Made by a program: the position numbers and the translations under genes
Source: Octopus sinensis
Lineage: Eukaryota
NCBI RefSeq assembly: GCF_006345805.1
Contig: NC_043004.1
Location: forward strand, 33,542,001-33,606,000
Reading direction: 5' to 3'
DNA length: 64,000 bases
Shown here: in pieces, positions 38,128 to 50,735 of the stretch
Position numbering within the stretch: the first letter of the stretch is position 1
Layout: every line of letters starts with the position of its first letter
Notes under the pieces: generated by a model
What the model was told of the DNA's origin: nothing
The model's input: only the letters and a program-made list of their open reading frames with translations
Database searches by the model: none

Positions 38128-38159
<32 letters not shown>

Positions 38160-38725
38160 CACCACCACCACCACAATCATCATCAACATCAACATCATCA
38201 TCATCATCATCATTGTTATCATTACCAATGTTGATGCCAGCACCACTACCACCACCACCATCACTACCACCACTACCACCACAACTACCACCATCACCAC
38301 TACCACCACCACCTTCACCATCACCACCACAACAACCATCACCACCACAACAACCATCACCACCACAACAACCACCAACATCACCACCACAACAATCACC
38401 ACCACCACAACCACCACCGCCATCACCACCACAACAATCACCATCACCACCATCACCACCACAAAAACCATCACCACCACAACAACCACCACCATCACCA
38501 CCACCACCACAATCACCACCACCACCGCCACTACCACCACCACCATCACCACCACAATAACCATCACCACCACAACAACCACCATCACCACCACTACCAC
38601 CACCACCATCACCACCACAGCAACCATCACCACCACCACCACCACCACCACATCACCACCACAACAATCATCACCACAACAACCATCACCACCACAACAA
38701 CCACCACCACCACCACCACCATCAC
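38100..38725. repeat. Compound (ATC)/(ACC)/(ACA) array with 15-18-nt higher-order units
   Basis: Directly visible, e.g. repeated ACCATCACCACCACAACA. Confidence 0.9.
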
Positions 38726-39148
38726 CACCACCACAATCATCCGATATATCAGATTATACAATATACCGTATCATTTTATATTCTTTAATCTATTTCGTTC
38801 TGGCTTTAGTTGATTCTATTGACCAGTATTTTGTCTGGTTCTTATCATGTACAGATCAAAATGTAAATGATAGGGATGCAGCTTTAATAATCAGAAAAAA
38901 ATAGCCATCAGCTGGTAGAAGGAAAAAAAAGGAAGAAATAAGCTAACCTGCAGCGAAAAAACCAAAACTAAAAAGAACTAAAGCTGCATATTGCTTTACG
39001 TATTCTGTTATTTCAGCCAACTGTATCAATGTTGATATTATTAAACTGAAAGAGGCCATTGTGATGTTATTTGACCCGCTTGATATTGCAGCCAAATCTT
39101 CCTCAAATTAGATTCTGCTGTCTAAAATGAGGACAGTCAGGTCTAAAT

Positions 39149-39535
39149 CAGTGCTCTGTCACATTTTTTCATTTGTGGCACACTTATTTTTTTTTCAAAA
39201 TTGGTGGCACACTCGAATTAGAAATATAACTAAAAGTATCAGCATCATCATCATCATCGTTTAATCTCCACTTTCCATGCTAGCATGGGTTGGACGATTT
39301 TGACTGAGGGCTGGCGAACCAGATGGCTGCACCAGATAGTTGCACCAGACTCCAATCTTGATCTGGCAGAGTTTCTACAGCTGGATGCCCTTCCTAGCAC
39401 CAACCACTCCGAGAGTGTAGTGGGTGTTTTTTATAAGTATAGAGGAAAAAATTTATATTCAGGTTACACTGTGGCACACCTAGCATCATATCATGACACA
39501 CAAATATGTTGCGACATACCGGTTGTGGGGCACTG
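39149..39535. mobile_element. hAT-type MITE interrupted by an RTE-tail insertion
   Basis: CAGTGC...GCACTG ends; 8-bp TSD GTCTAAAT (39141-39148) / GTTTAAAT (39536-39543); RTE tail (-) at ~39245-39430 inside. Confidence 0.6.
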
Positions 39536-39644
39536 GTTTAAATGACAAGATTGTCATGGTGGGAATACTTTTGGTCACAGGTCAATAGGTCAACAGACTT
39601 GACCTGGGGTTAAATGACACAACAACAGCGGCAGCCGCAGCAGC

Positions 39645-39840
39645 TGTTCAAGAATTTGGATCTGGAGATCTGCATTTCTAGCGACTTCGAGGGCCACCTC
39701 CCAGTGGTGTCGGGCGTCAATGAAGAGCCCTTGACTACAACAAGACGACCAAAGTTTTTTGTTTTTTCCAAGGTCTGGGGTCTCCCGCCCCTAAGCCCTA
39801 GACCATCATCTAATCAACCATACCTATCTTGTTGCTTAAC
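39645..39840 (+). repeat. ~195-bp structured repeat embedded in (CAG)/(CAA) tracts, copy 1
   Basis: Aligns end to end with 58264-58454. Confidence 0.8.
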
Positions 39841-40834
39841 AACAGCAACAACAGCAGTGGCAGCAGCAGCAACAGCCACAGCAGCAGCAATAGCAGCAAT
39901 GTCAACACAGTCATATCTGCTTGTGTCTGCCTGGTTGGTAGACAACAGGTTTTTATTTTTACCTTTCCTTCATTAAACTACAGGTCATGGTTGGAAGCAC
40001 ATCCAATTTCTCTAACAATATGTAAATTTACAAAATATTCCAATCTTTCGTTGAATATTAAACAAACAAAAAAAAACATTCTTGAGATATAAATAAAAGT
40101 AAAACATAAAATACCAAGTAAACAAAATGTATCGTGATATTAAAACAAATATATAATGATGATGAGGAGGAAGATGCTGATGCTGATGCTGATGATGATG
40201 ATGATAATAAAGAGCAATAGCTTTTAACACTATTCAAATTGTCCGTAGTTGATCAGACTTCAGCCAATAAACAAATATTATATGAGAGGCGGCAAGTCTG
40301 ATGCAGCATCTCTGTACACTCTCTACTATAATGCTATCATTGAATAAATGGCAGGAATGAATAGTCACACTGATAGAGCCCCATAGCTGTTGTTGGCATA
40401 AAGGTTGCAGCAGTAGCACAGAGAAGACACTAGAAAAGAGTTCTATGTCAATCAAAAGATGGTAATTCTCAAAGTGTCACGGAATAATGCATGCTTGCTG
40501 TGACATTTGAATGTATCAATTGAGCTTGTCTATTGGAAGGCTGACATCTTGAGGCAGGGAAAGACAAAAAAAAAAAAAAACCAAAAAAAGCCTTCTGACT
40601 TTATCTTTTACTAATCTGAAGACTTATAATTGTTGGTAAATTCTTAAATGAAGGAGGTTTGAAATGGCATGAAAAGCAATTGCAGGTAGACATTTATATA
40701 TCAATTAAAGAACATTGTGAGCCTCTGGGCAGAAAATTTGGCAAGCGAAGGTTTTGGTTCTCATAACATCACATATTGAGTTAAAGAGAAAACATTCTTT
40801 ACTGTCATTACAAAAAAAAAAAAACCTAAAAGAA

Positions 40835-41270
40835 AGGAGTAGGAGTGGCTGGATGGTAAGTAGCTTGCTTACCAACCACATGGTTCTGGGTTCAGTCCCA
40901 CTGTGTGGTACCTTGGGCAAGTGTCTTCTGCTATGGCCTCGGGCCGACCAAAGCCTTATTAGTGGATTTGGTAGAGGGAAACTGAAAGGAGCCTGTCGTA
41001 TATATGTATACATATATATGTATGTATGTATGTGTGTGTGTGTATATATGTTTGTGTGTCTGTGTTTGTCCCCACCCCCAACATCGCTTGACAACTGATG
41101 CTGGTATGTTTACGTCCCTGTAACTTAGCAGTTTGGCAAAAGAGACTGATAGAATAAGTACTAGGCTTACAAAGAATAAGTCCTGGGGTCGATTTGCTCG
41201 ACTAAAGGTGGTGCTACAGTATGGCCACAGTCAAATGACTGAAGCAAGTAAAAGAGTAAAAGAGTAAAAA
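40835..41270 (+). mobile_element. Apparently full-length tRNA-derived SINE of the dominant family (internal TA/TG microsatellite, (AAAAGAGT)n tail)
   Basis: A-box-like TGGCTGGATGGT, B box GGTTCAGTCCC; fragments at 9493-9600, 12760-13120, 16560-16700, 17890-18150, 41440-41590, 53540-53830(-), 63030-63290(-). Confidence 0.85.
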
Positions 41271-44200
41271 AGAAAACCAAAACATAAAGCCATTCTACTT
41301 CGCTAATTTCTTTATCTGATAGACATAAATTTAAATATTTATAAACGATTGCATTGCCTCATATTTTCTGTTCTTTCACTCAGTTCTTTCACTGTAAATT
41401 CACTCAGTTATTTTCCATATACACACCTGTAGTTTATTGATGCCAGTGTGGCTGTGGGGGTTAAGAAGCTTCCTGTTCAAGCATGTGGTTTGTAGTTCAG
41501 TCCCATCACATGGCACCTTGAACAAATGTCTTCTATTATAACTCCAGGCTGTGAGTGGATGTGGTGGATGGAAACTAAGCAGAAGCCCATCCATTGTTTG
41601 CACTTCAGAAAATTGCTGCTGACATCCTGGGAACAACACAATAACAGAATCGATTACAAATAACAGCCAAAGGGAGACAATTGCCTCTCGTTTACATAGA
41701 ATAATGAAGTCTTTTCCTTCTCCATTTTCTCGAGACACCACTTGCTAGAGAGGCCATAGGCCAACAGGTTTTGGGGTCTGATGATACACTGTAAGGCTAA
41801 GTTCTTTATGGATGTGAAATACACCGTAATCCCATATACTGGTACTATCTATGTTTATATTATATATATATTTATGTATGTATGTATGTATAGATAGATA
41901 GATAGATAGATATAAATATAGATATAGATATAAAATTAGTGCACATTGAAACACAAAAGAGGCGACCCTTAACATGTATATAGATAGATATATAGATATA
42001 TATATATCAACCAGCCTTTCGGCTTCTGACCAGTGCCACGAGAACATCGTTTTCTTCGTTTGCCGAAAAAGGCATTTTTTTCCAAATACGCCAGCTAAAC
42101 TAAGTTGTACTGTCTATAGTCATAAGACATCCACTGTTTTTGTCCTATTATTACTATTATTGTTTTTTGTATTTATATTCGTGTGGTATCGTCCGTTTCT
42201 CTGTCCTTGTTTCATATACATTCGATCCTTTTTCCAAGAAAACTAATGCTCGTAGCTTAGTTTTTCCTTGGAGCTGGCCGGATCGGAGCGAGGATGATCC
42301 GGTTCTTGACTGAAGATTGAAGGCTTCGAATGTCCCGTCCGTGCTTTTTGTATCGTCTTCTAAATGTTTTACGTTCTTGTCTCAGTTTGAATTTTTCTAC
42401 ATATAATATATATATATATATGGATATATATATATGGATATATATATATATGGGTATCCATGTATCCACTCTACGGCAAGACACCTGTCCTTGTCCTTCT
42501 ATACCTGTAATCTCGCATTAAGTGACACAAGATCACCTCAATTCAATGCTACCCCAACCTTCCCAGTTGAGAGGTTTTTGTCATGCAAGTTTACTTGGTG
42601 ACCCTGAAGATGCTGGTGCCACATAGAAGGCACCCAAATACTCTCTGTAAAGTGGTTGTAGTTAGGAAGGGCATCCAGCCATGCAGACAATGGAGTCTGA
42701 TGTGGATCCCAGACTTGGCAGCTCCTATAATAAAACCGTCCACCTCATGCTTGTGCATAAAACAGACATTAAATGATATGACGATGTCGATGATGATGAT
42801 GACTATGAATGACTATGATGATGATGATGATGATGATGATTATGAGGATGATGTTGATGATGATTTGTATGTGTGTGTGTGTGTGTGTGTGTTTTTGTCT
42901 TCCAACACTGCTGGACAACGACTGTCATTTTGTTTATAGCAAAAGAGACAGACTGAATAAATACAAGTAGCAGACTCTTAAAAGAATTGGTTCCAAAGAT
43001 CGGTTTCTCTGGCTAAACTCTTCAAGGTTGTGTATGGCTGCTGTCCAGTAACTAAAACAATTAAAAGATAAAAGATTATCTAAAGAAGATGACAAAAGTC
43101 TTGTTTAGATTCTCTTCAATAGCAATAAGATACAAAAAAAAACCCAAAAACATTGCAGATAGAATGTCGACCTGAATCAAGTGGCAGTCTTTGGAATGGT
43201 ATCTTTATGAAAGGAATTGCCTGTATTTATTCTTCCTGGTTAGAGGCAGGACAAAATACTCAAAGTAAGTTCAAATTCATAATAATGAATTAATAATCAG
43301 CATTACGAAGTCTTTCTGATAAGATACAGTCAGAGTGTGAAAGCTAATGAGAGATAGAGAGGAAGAGAGGGGGGAGAGGGGGGAGAGGGGGGAGAGGGGG
43401 GTGAGGTGGGGGGGTAAGATAGAAAGACATAGATAAAGGGTGACAGAAAGACAGAGAAAAAGTGATATACTAAGAGAGAGAGAGAGAGAGAGAGAGAGAT
43501 AGCGACAAATGGATATACAGTTTGGCAGACAGACTGACAGACAGACCAGACAAATTAGATAGATTTCATAGCAAAGTTTATATTTGGAAAAGGAAAATTT
43601 GTAAATTTACAGCAATGTTTTAAAACACATTAATGGGAAATAAAAGTAAAGGATAGCAATAAAATTATCAAACACAAACTAACAAACAACTAAAAATAAA
43701 GGAAAAAAATCATTAAAAAAAAATCTTTCAGAAACAAAATTTTAATTACCTTTTAGTTTGAATTGTTTGTTCCCCAGGCAAACTGACAATATATACCAAT
43801 TAATCCCCACTTATTTCAGATAAAATTAACTTGAAATCTCTGAATTTGGTAATATTGTGCCAAAATATAAATTTGGACAATTTGCTTGGCAATACAGATG
43901 GATAGTAGCCAACAGACAGACAATTGTATACATATATTTCAGTATGATTATATGTACACTTATAGTGGCTCTGATGTTAGTTCTATTATCTGAATTACTA
44001 AATAAGTTTTGACAATGAATCTTTAATAAACATTGTGACATTTTAGTAAATGTTAAATTACATTCGTTTTATCTGTTAGCTTTTTTTTTTGGTATTTCTC
44101 TGTTTGTTTTCTTTTTTTTTTCTCAACTATTAGATGTAATCAATGATTGTTAATATTATCAATGTTAATACAAGTGGCATTTAATGAATGTCATTTAACT

Positions 44201-44406
44201 GTTAACTTTAATTAATTTATTCATTAATAACAAATTCTTAATTAAGTGTGGAACCTAGGCAAGTAGAGTTAAATGACTTTTAACGATGAACAGAATGCAA
44301 AGCCTGAAGGGAGATAAAAACTTGAAGCAGTTTGGAAAAGAGGTTTTTGATAGTAATTGACTCATTATACTGTAAAAGTTGCAAGGGTTGTTGAAATAAA
44401 CGACAT

Positions 44407-44461
<55 letters not shown>

Positions 44462-44485
44462 ATATATATATATATATATATATAT

Positions 44486-44532
<47 letters not shown>

Positions 44533-45034
44533 TAGATATAAAGAGGTACAAAAGTGAAAGAGGGAGGAAGCAAATATGTCACAGAAATTCAATTCTGTCC
44601 CTGTACATTCCGGTGTTCATGTTCTCATTATGGCCATGAACCAATGAGGAAGCATGTACATAATTGCCTAACCTGCTAGAAATAGAAAATTCCTTCAAAT
44701 CACACCCTGCCATCTTAAGAATAAACAGGGATACACAAATGAGTAGTAATTTTGTTGTTAAAATGAATTTCATCAACATTATGAGTTAAATGAAATAGGG
44801 CTTGTAATATTTTAACTTAAAATATATGTGTTGCCAACTTAGAAAATGATTTAAAAGTGAAGTTTTAAACTCTCAAAAGCTGTAAAAAGAAAGCACAAAG
44901 CTCTGTGCAGAGCAAGGAGACAAGACCCAATATTCTTCAACCATGGCCATGTTTTAATGTATTTATTTTGGTTCTTTAACTAATCGGCATCATTTCAAAT
45001 TCTGTTGAAGCTGATTCTGTTTTTCATACCTTAA

Positions 45035-45255
45035 CCCTTTCGTAACTGTATTTATTTTGAGATGCTCCGTGTTTCTTTCAATTATTTAAAATATAACAAA
45101 GAATTTAGTAAAATAACTTATCTATCATTCAGCTAGTGTTAGGAACATAAATTGTGACTAAGGTTTGGTGGAAGATTTTAATTCAAAATTTATGAAAACA
45201 AGACATTTGTACTATAGAGCCAGAGCCGGTCTCAGCCGGGTTGGTAACAAAAGGG
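45035..45255. mobile_element. piggyBac-type MITE (221 bp)
   Basis: TTAA|CCCTTTCGTAAC...GTAACAAAAGGG|TTAA. Confidence 0.75.
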
Positions 45256-45969
45256 TTAAGGGCTGATGAAATACAAAGAATTAGATTGATCTACCACACA
45301 CCATCATATATCATTATTGTACATTATTGAAAAGGTGTTTGTGTAATAGTTGATGAGGGGACAACACATTTTAAAATAAAGATGTTTCATAAAAGACTGA
45401 AATATGTTAAAATGGAAGTTGTCATGTTTCTTGGTAAAATAACTGAGATAACTGATAAGGTCAAAGAATTTGGTTCATTGCAGAACTTACTCTATTGCCT
45501 TTATCAAAGATAGGAATATCACAACTTGGCATGTATCTCTTTCCCTCACCATAATCTAAAGAAACCAATATTTAATAGTCAAACACACAGGGCAAGGAAT
45601 AAGTTCAATCACAGGAACAGTTTTGATTCTTAATACAACTAATGTTCTTATAAGGAAATGAATTCTACAACTTCCTGTTTTTTTTTTCCTTCCTTTAAAA
45701 TATAGTCAAAAGAAATGAAATCAACCTGTACACCCCCTGCAGGGTTGAGTCCATCATACACTTTTTATTTCCCACTCAAGTGAGTCCCTTTACTTCTGAA
45801 AGCCATAAGTTTCTGTGAAACAAAATTCAACCGGAAAATCTAGTTCAGGGTTTCATAGTTTCTGTCAAGTTACTTCTGCAACTTCATGTACGTAGCTAAT
45901 ACACTTATAATAATGAAATGGAAGGTTTGTGATACCTGTGGAGTATCTCCTTCTCCCATTATAATTATT

Positions 45970-46401
45970 TGTGTGGTTTCAAGGATCTGGAACTTGAAGA
46001 AGAAGTTCACAAACGGAGTACAATTCAATAGCGATTTATTTTACAGAGTTCTCATTCATGTGGTTCACACTTAGAGACCATCTTTATGGCAGTGCGTGGT
46101 TTGTCTTAACTCCATACACATGAGGGTCATTACCTCTGGAGATAAGCATGTGGAGTCAGAGTGGTACAAGAGTCTGCTGTGAGCTGCTGGCTTCACAGTG
46201 TTTCTCAGCATAAGTGCAAGAAGGAATGAGAGAGAGAATGTCTTATTCTCCTGCTTAAATACTGGTTGCCGTTGAGAGCCTTGTTGTTGTCTTACACATG
46301 ACAATGGTTACAGGCAAGATCTCGTTCTTGTCTCAGACTTGGTAAGGCTACTGGCAAGATCTCGTTCAAAATGGTGCTGGCTTCTTGTGCCTTGCTACAC
46401 A
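45970..46401 (-). mobile_element. Possible solo LTR (~430 bp)
   Basis: TG...CA ends, TATTTAA then AATAAA on -, internal 15-bp direct repeat GGCAAGATCTCGTTC; no convincing TSD. Confidence 0.3.
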
Positions 46402-47449
46402 TTAAATCTCTTCCTGCCCAGTCTGCTTAACTGCAAACAGGATCCATAGGGTAGAATGACTCATAACTTGATGCAGGTGTAACCATGTAAAACTGAAGAT
46501 TGTGAAGTTCTGTCTACTATAAACTTAAAACCAGGACATAATTGCTTGCAATGTAACCCAGCCTTCGAACCTTTTGCCTTAAACCAAAAATTAGCGTGGC
46601 AAAAGTCACTGCATCGATGCCAGAAATTCTCTTGAATTCCATGAATAATTCATCAAAGCTACAACTTCTCATTTATCTTTCTTCAAAAATATGAAATGCC
46701 TTTCAGCATAATGCAAAAAGAAAATAAAATATTTTAGCGAATGTAGGTGAATGTTATCATTTTCATCACTATCAGTTTTCTTAATAATTGAACAACAATT
46801 ACTTATCACATTATTTTTCACACTTAACATGTTGCTTCTAAATAATACTTGATTATTGATTTCTCTAGATGAAATGTAATTATTGATTTCTTTCTGACTT
46901 TTTAGTAATTAATAATAATAATGATTTGTTGTTTGTTATTATTCCTCCATGTTGTTAAGACTGGCTTCTACAGCAGCAAATGGCATACCGCAAGAGATAA
47001 ATTCAGCCTGCACTGGAAACGTAGCTGGGTTTTAATTTTTCATTGAGGCAAGTTTACTTGACTTAAACTGCCAAGGCTAATGAAAAATTCATAGATGTCT
47101 TATCTTAATTATGGTACCTTAACATGGCCAGTAAAACAGTAACTTGGTTCTTCTGAAATATTTGACCTACACACAGAGGGAATAAAAAAATACACTGTCA
47201 ATTTTCACCAGACAGAAATAAAATGTTCTACTTTATTTGACATAATATTTTCTGTCACATTATATATGCACACACATACACACACACATGCACACACACG
47301 CGCACACACACACATGCACACACACACACACACACGCACACACACACACACAGATACACACGCACACACACACATACACACACACATACACAGACAATAA
47401 TGTATTGTGTGGGTGTATGTGTGTGAATACATCAAGACTATCAAGATTA

Positions 47450-47730
47450 CAATTGAAACATGGCAATTCCATTTGGGGATAACGTTTCGACGTGGAACAG
47501 ATTCTTTTGGAAGATATACAAAGGAAAGATGCTGAGTTGATTGTGACCTTAAATGATTGCTCATTTGCGGCTCCACTCAATGTGCTTGACTTATTTACCT
47601 TCAATGCTTCACAGACAAAGAGGTGAGATACGTATGTCTATGGGGAAATGACAGGAAAAGGGAACTTCAAAGAGGAATTCTTTGAATTCCGTGAGTCATC
47701 AACGAGAGGCCATTTATTCAAAGTATCGAA
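47450..47730 (+). mobile_element. CR1/L2-clade LINE 3' coding remnant
   Basis: LEDIQRK...LNVLDLFT and FFEFRESSTRGHLFKVSKK match CR1 C-terminal LEKVQRR...L.LFSL and TRGH..KL motifs. Confidence 0.6.
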
Positions 47731-49189
47731 GAAGTGATGGAATATGCTACCTAGACAGGTAACCTTTTCAAATTGGATCAATACAAAATGGTGTCAATTA
47801 TCAAGAGTGGTTGCATATTCAAACAAACAAACAAACAAACAACAAATTTAAGAATAAAAATATACTACTAAAACAAATGACTGATCCAAGAATAGATAAA
47901 TATTAGAAAACATCTTCAATTTGGAACAGTTGGAATTTGCAGATTTTACAGCTAGAAAAAGTGCAAAGAAATACACTTTCAGAAACCAAGATTTATGGTA
48001 TATATTTTTTATTTAATAGTCTCATGTGGGGCAAGATCTATGTCCATCAACTTTACAGACTCTCTGAAGCTGGTGAGACCAATGCGATTAAGATTCATGT
48101 GCATAACTGCAAAATGATGATTGCCAAAAAAATATAGGCAGAGAAGAAATTCCAGAAGATTGATGATCTGGGAAGGAAGGGCCGGTAAAAAATGGGATTG
48201 GTGCAAGACCTGAGAGGAATGGTTACAATATATGCAGTGAGAGAAGAAGGGTATATGAATGGATAAGATGAGCCTGAATAGAGATACAATACAACATGAT
48301 AGCTTTGATGAGCAGAAGCTGTTGTAGTAGTGGTAGAAAAGACAGAGAGTGGACACAGCATATCCATCTGCTAAAGGTCAAAGTGTGTTAGTGAATGACA
48401 CATACCAAACTGTCAGGTGACCATTATTCCTTATAACTGAGGAGTAAACCTTTGTGTTGCCAGAAATCATTTAAACCTACTAAGAATAACCTTTTTCAGA
48501 AATCACAAATTTCACTGAGATTAAACAAAAGCACTAAGTGAACCAGTTTAATGTTTTCAATTCACCACGTTTGTATCAGACATCATCAGCTCAGATATAG
48601 TTGAGTTCACTCGGAAGAGCTGCTGCATTATAGTTAGATGTTTGGTCGGAAGTTGTATTACCTTTTATAAATAATTGATATTTTTTATCAGGCACCTTTG
48701 AAGCTGTTTATAGTGGATCATAAAAGAAGCAACACGAGTAGATAGCATGATTGATCATCTCCTGACAGACTTACCTACAAATTTTGTAACTCTAGTATAT
48801 CTAGTCACTTCAGAATATGACTTAGTGCTAGTAAAAATGAATGTTTTGGGGTACCCATAAAAATGTATTTGGTACTACAAAATAACAAATGTTTTTTTGA
48901 TTTACAACATCACAAAAACTAGTTGGTTTGCTACCTTTAAAAAGTACTGAGGGGAAAAGATCGGTTTTTAAATTTCAGTGCAAGGCCAACAATTTTGGGG
49001 GATGGGGTTAAGTCAATGAAAGTTTTAACCCCAGTGTTCAACTGGTACTTGTTTTATTGACTGCAAAAGGATGAAATGCAATGTTGAAGAAGAATTTGAA
49101 ACCAGAATACAAAGATGGATAAAATGCTGCTGAGCATTTCACTCAGCATGCTAACAATTCTGCCAGCTCACTCCCTCACTTATGGAAAA

Positions 49190-50735
49190 ACTTTGCTACA
49201 GTGATTATTTAGAGGTGAGCAGAGACGTATAGATTTGTGTTGCATCCAAGAGGTAAGGTGGAAGGGAAGTTCTGCTAGGTTCCTCACAGGCAAAGAACAT
49301 AGGTAATAAGATTTTCTGGGGTTGGAGGCATGAATATATTTCTTGCAGAGAAATGGGTTGATAAGGTAATCGAGGTAGTTAGAGTCTGGGATAAAATACT
49401 TGGGCTTAGATTAGTTCTGCAACATGGATTAGCAACCATTATCTTGGCTTATGCCCCTCATCTAGGGCTACCTGATGAACAGAAAGATTGATTTTATGAC
49501 ACCATCTTGCACATTACCTCGTCAACAAATGACAAGGACCTTCACTTTGTGGCTGGAAACTTCAACAGGCATGTTGGACAACATGTAGGGAGATTCCATG
49601 GTGTACATGGTGGCTATGGATTTGGTTCTTGCAATGAGGAGGGAACCAGGCTGCTGGAGTTCTGTGATGCAAATGATATTATGATTTTTAATACTAACTT
49701 CAGGAAACCTGCCAGTCACTTGTTCACCTACCAGTCTGGTGGACACACTAGTAAAATTGACTACATTCTTGCCAGGAAATGGGAAAGATGGCTACTTATA
49801 AATGCCAAAATCTTCCCAGGTGAAGAATGCACCTCACAACATAGGTTAGTAGTTAGTGACTTCAGGACCAGGGCTAAATGGATGCCCAGAAGACGAACAG
49901 CATGGAAAAGAGGGATCTGAAAGCTTAAGGATCCTGTGAATGGACAGAGAATTAGAGATGTATTACTCGAATCTTTTGACAAAAAAGAGATGGATATAGC
50001 ATCACATAGTGTGGAAGGCAACTGAGGATTCCTACAGGATAACCTGTTAAGGGCTACTGACCAGATCTGTAGATGGTGCAATGTCCCCTCTCAACCTAAG
50101 ATAATGTAGTGGAGGAACAATGTAGTTGACGGGGCTATTAGGGAAAAGAAATAGGCATGGAAGGACTGAAAGAACGGTGGTAGCAGGAAACTATTTCAGA
50201 CAGCCAGAAGGGAAGCTAGGAGACAGGTTCACTTAGCCAGAGGGGAAATAAATAAGGGCCTTAGAGTCAATATAGCCAAAATCGAAGTCTTAGTAATTAG
50301 GAAGGCAGAAAAATCACAAATCCCTTCAGGTAGATGGCCCTGCTAGATCTGTAGAAAAGGTGTATGTAGAAATTCCATATGATGTACCTGGTGTAAGATA
50401 TGGACACATAAGAAGTGCAGCAATATCAAAGGAAGGCTAACTGGGAAGATAGTTTTTTTGTCTGGCAGATGAACAGGAGCAATAAACACTGAAAATATGA
50501 AGAAAACAGCTTCCATCACATTCCAGGGGGAAAAACTACAAGTAGTTGATAGCTTCCATTATCTAGGTGACCAAGTCAGTAGCGGGGGGGATGCTCTGAA
50601 AGTGTGGCTGCTAGAATAAGAATAGCCTGGGCAAAGTTCAGAGAACTCCTACCTCTGCTGGTAACAAAAGGCCTCTCACTCAGATTCAAAGATAGACTGT
50701 ATGAAGCATGTGTGTGAACAGTCATGTGTGTGAAC
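49190..50735 (+). mobile_element. RTE-clade LINE pseudogene: APE endonuclease joined to the post-RT region, RT core deleted
   Basis: VAGNFNRHVG, GFGSCNEEGTRLLEFC, TYQSGGHTSKIDYIL, SQHRLVVSD; later GLRVNIAK, VVDSFHYLG, AWAKFRELLPLL; many stops. Confidence 0.9.

Noticed and set aside
38047-38904. 285-aa Thr-rich mucin-like ORF, and similar poly-H/D/Q/IY ORFs across the track
   Set aside because: Translations of stop-free microsatellites with no splice or domain support.
44540-44680. Cys/His-rich frame ...[28 protein letters not shown]
   Set aside because: Starts in a purine-rich (GATA)n tract with no acceptor or start; no known zinc-finger spacing.
47937-48137. ORF with LEKVQR and an AG/GT-bounded 53-nt segment
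   Set aside because: LEKVQR suggests another CR1 remnant; exon status cannot be supported without transcripts.
48560-48592. - strand CTGATGA...AAACGT motif
   Set aside because: G12 is missing and helix I does not pair.
31717-50735. Active autonomous mariner or RTE
   Set aside because: Multiple stops, frameshifts and, for the RTE, a missing RT core.
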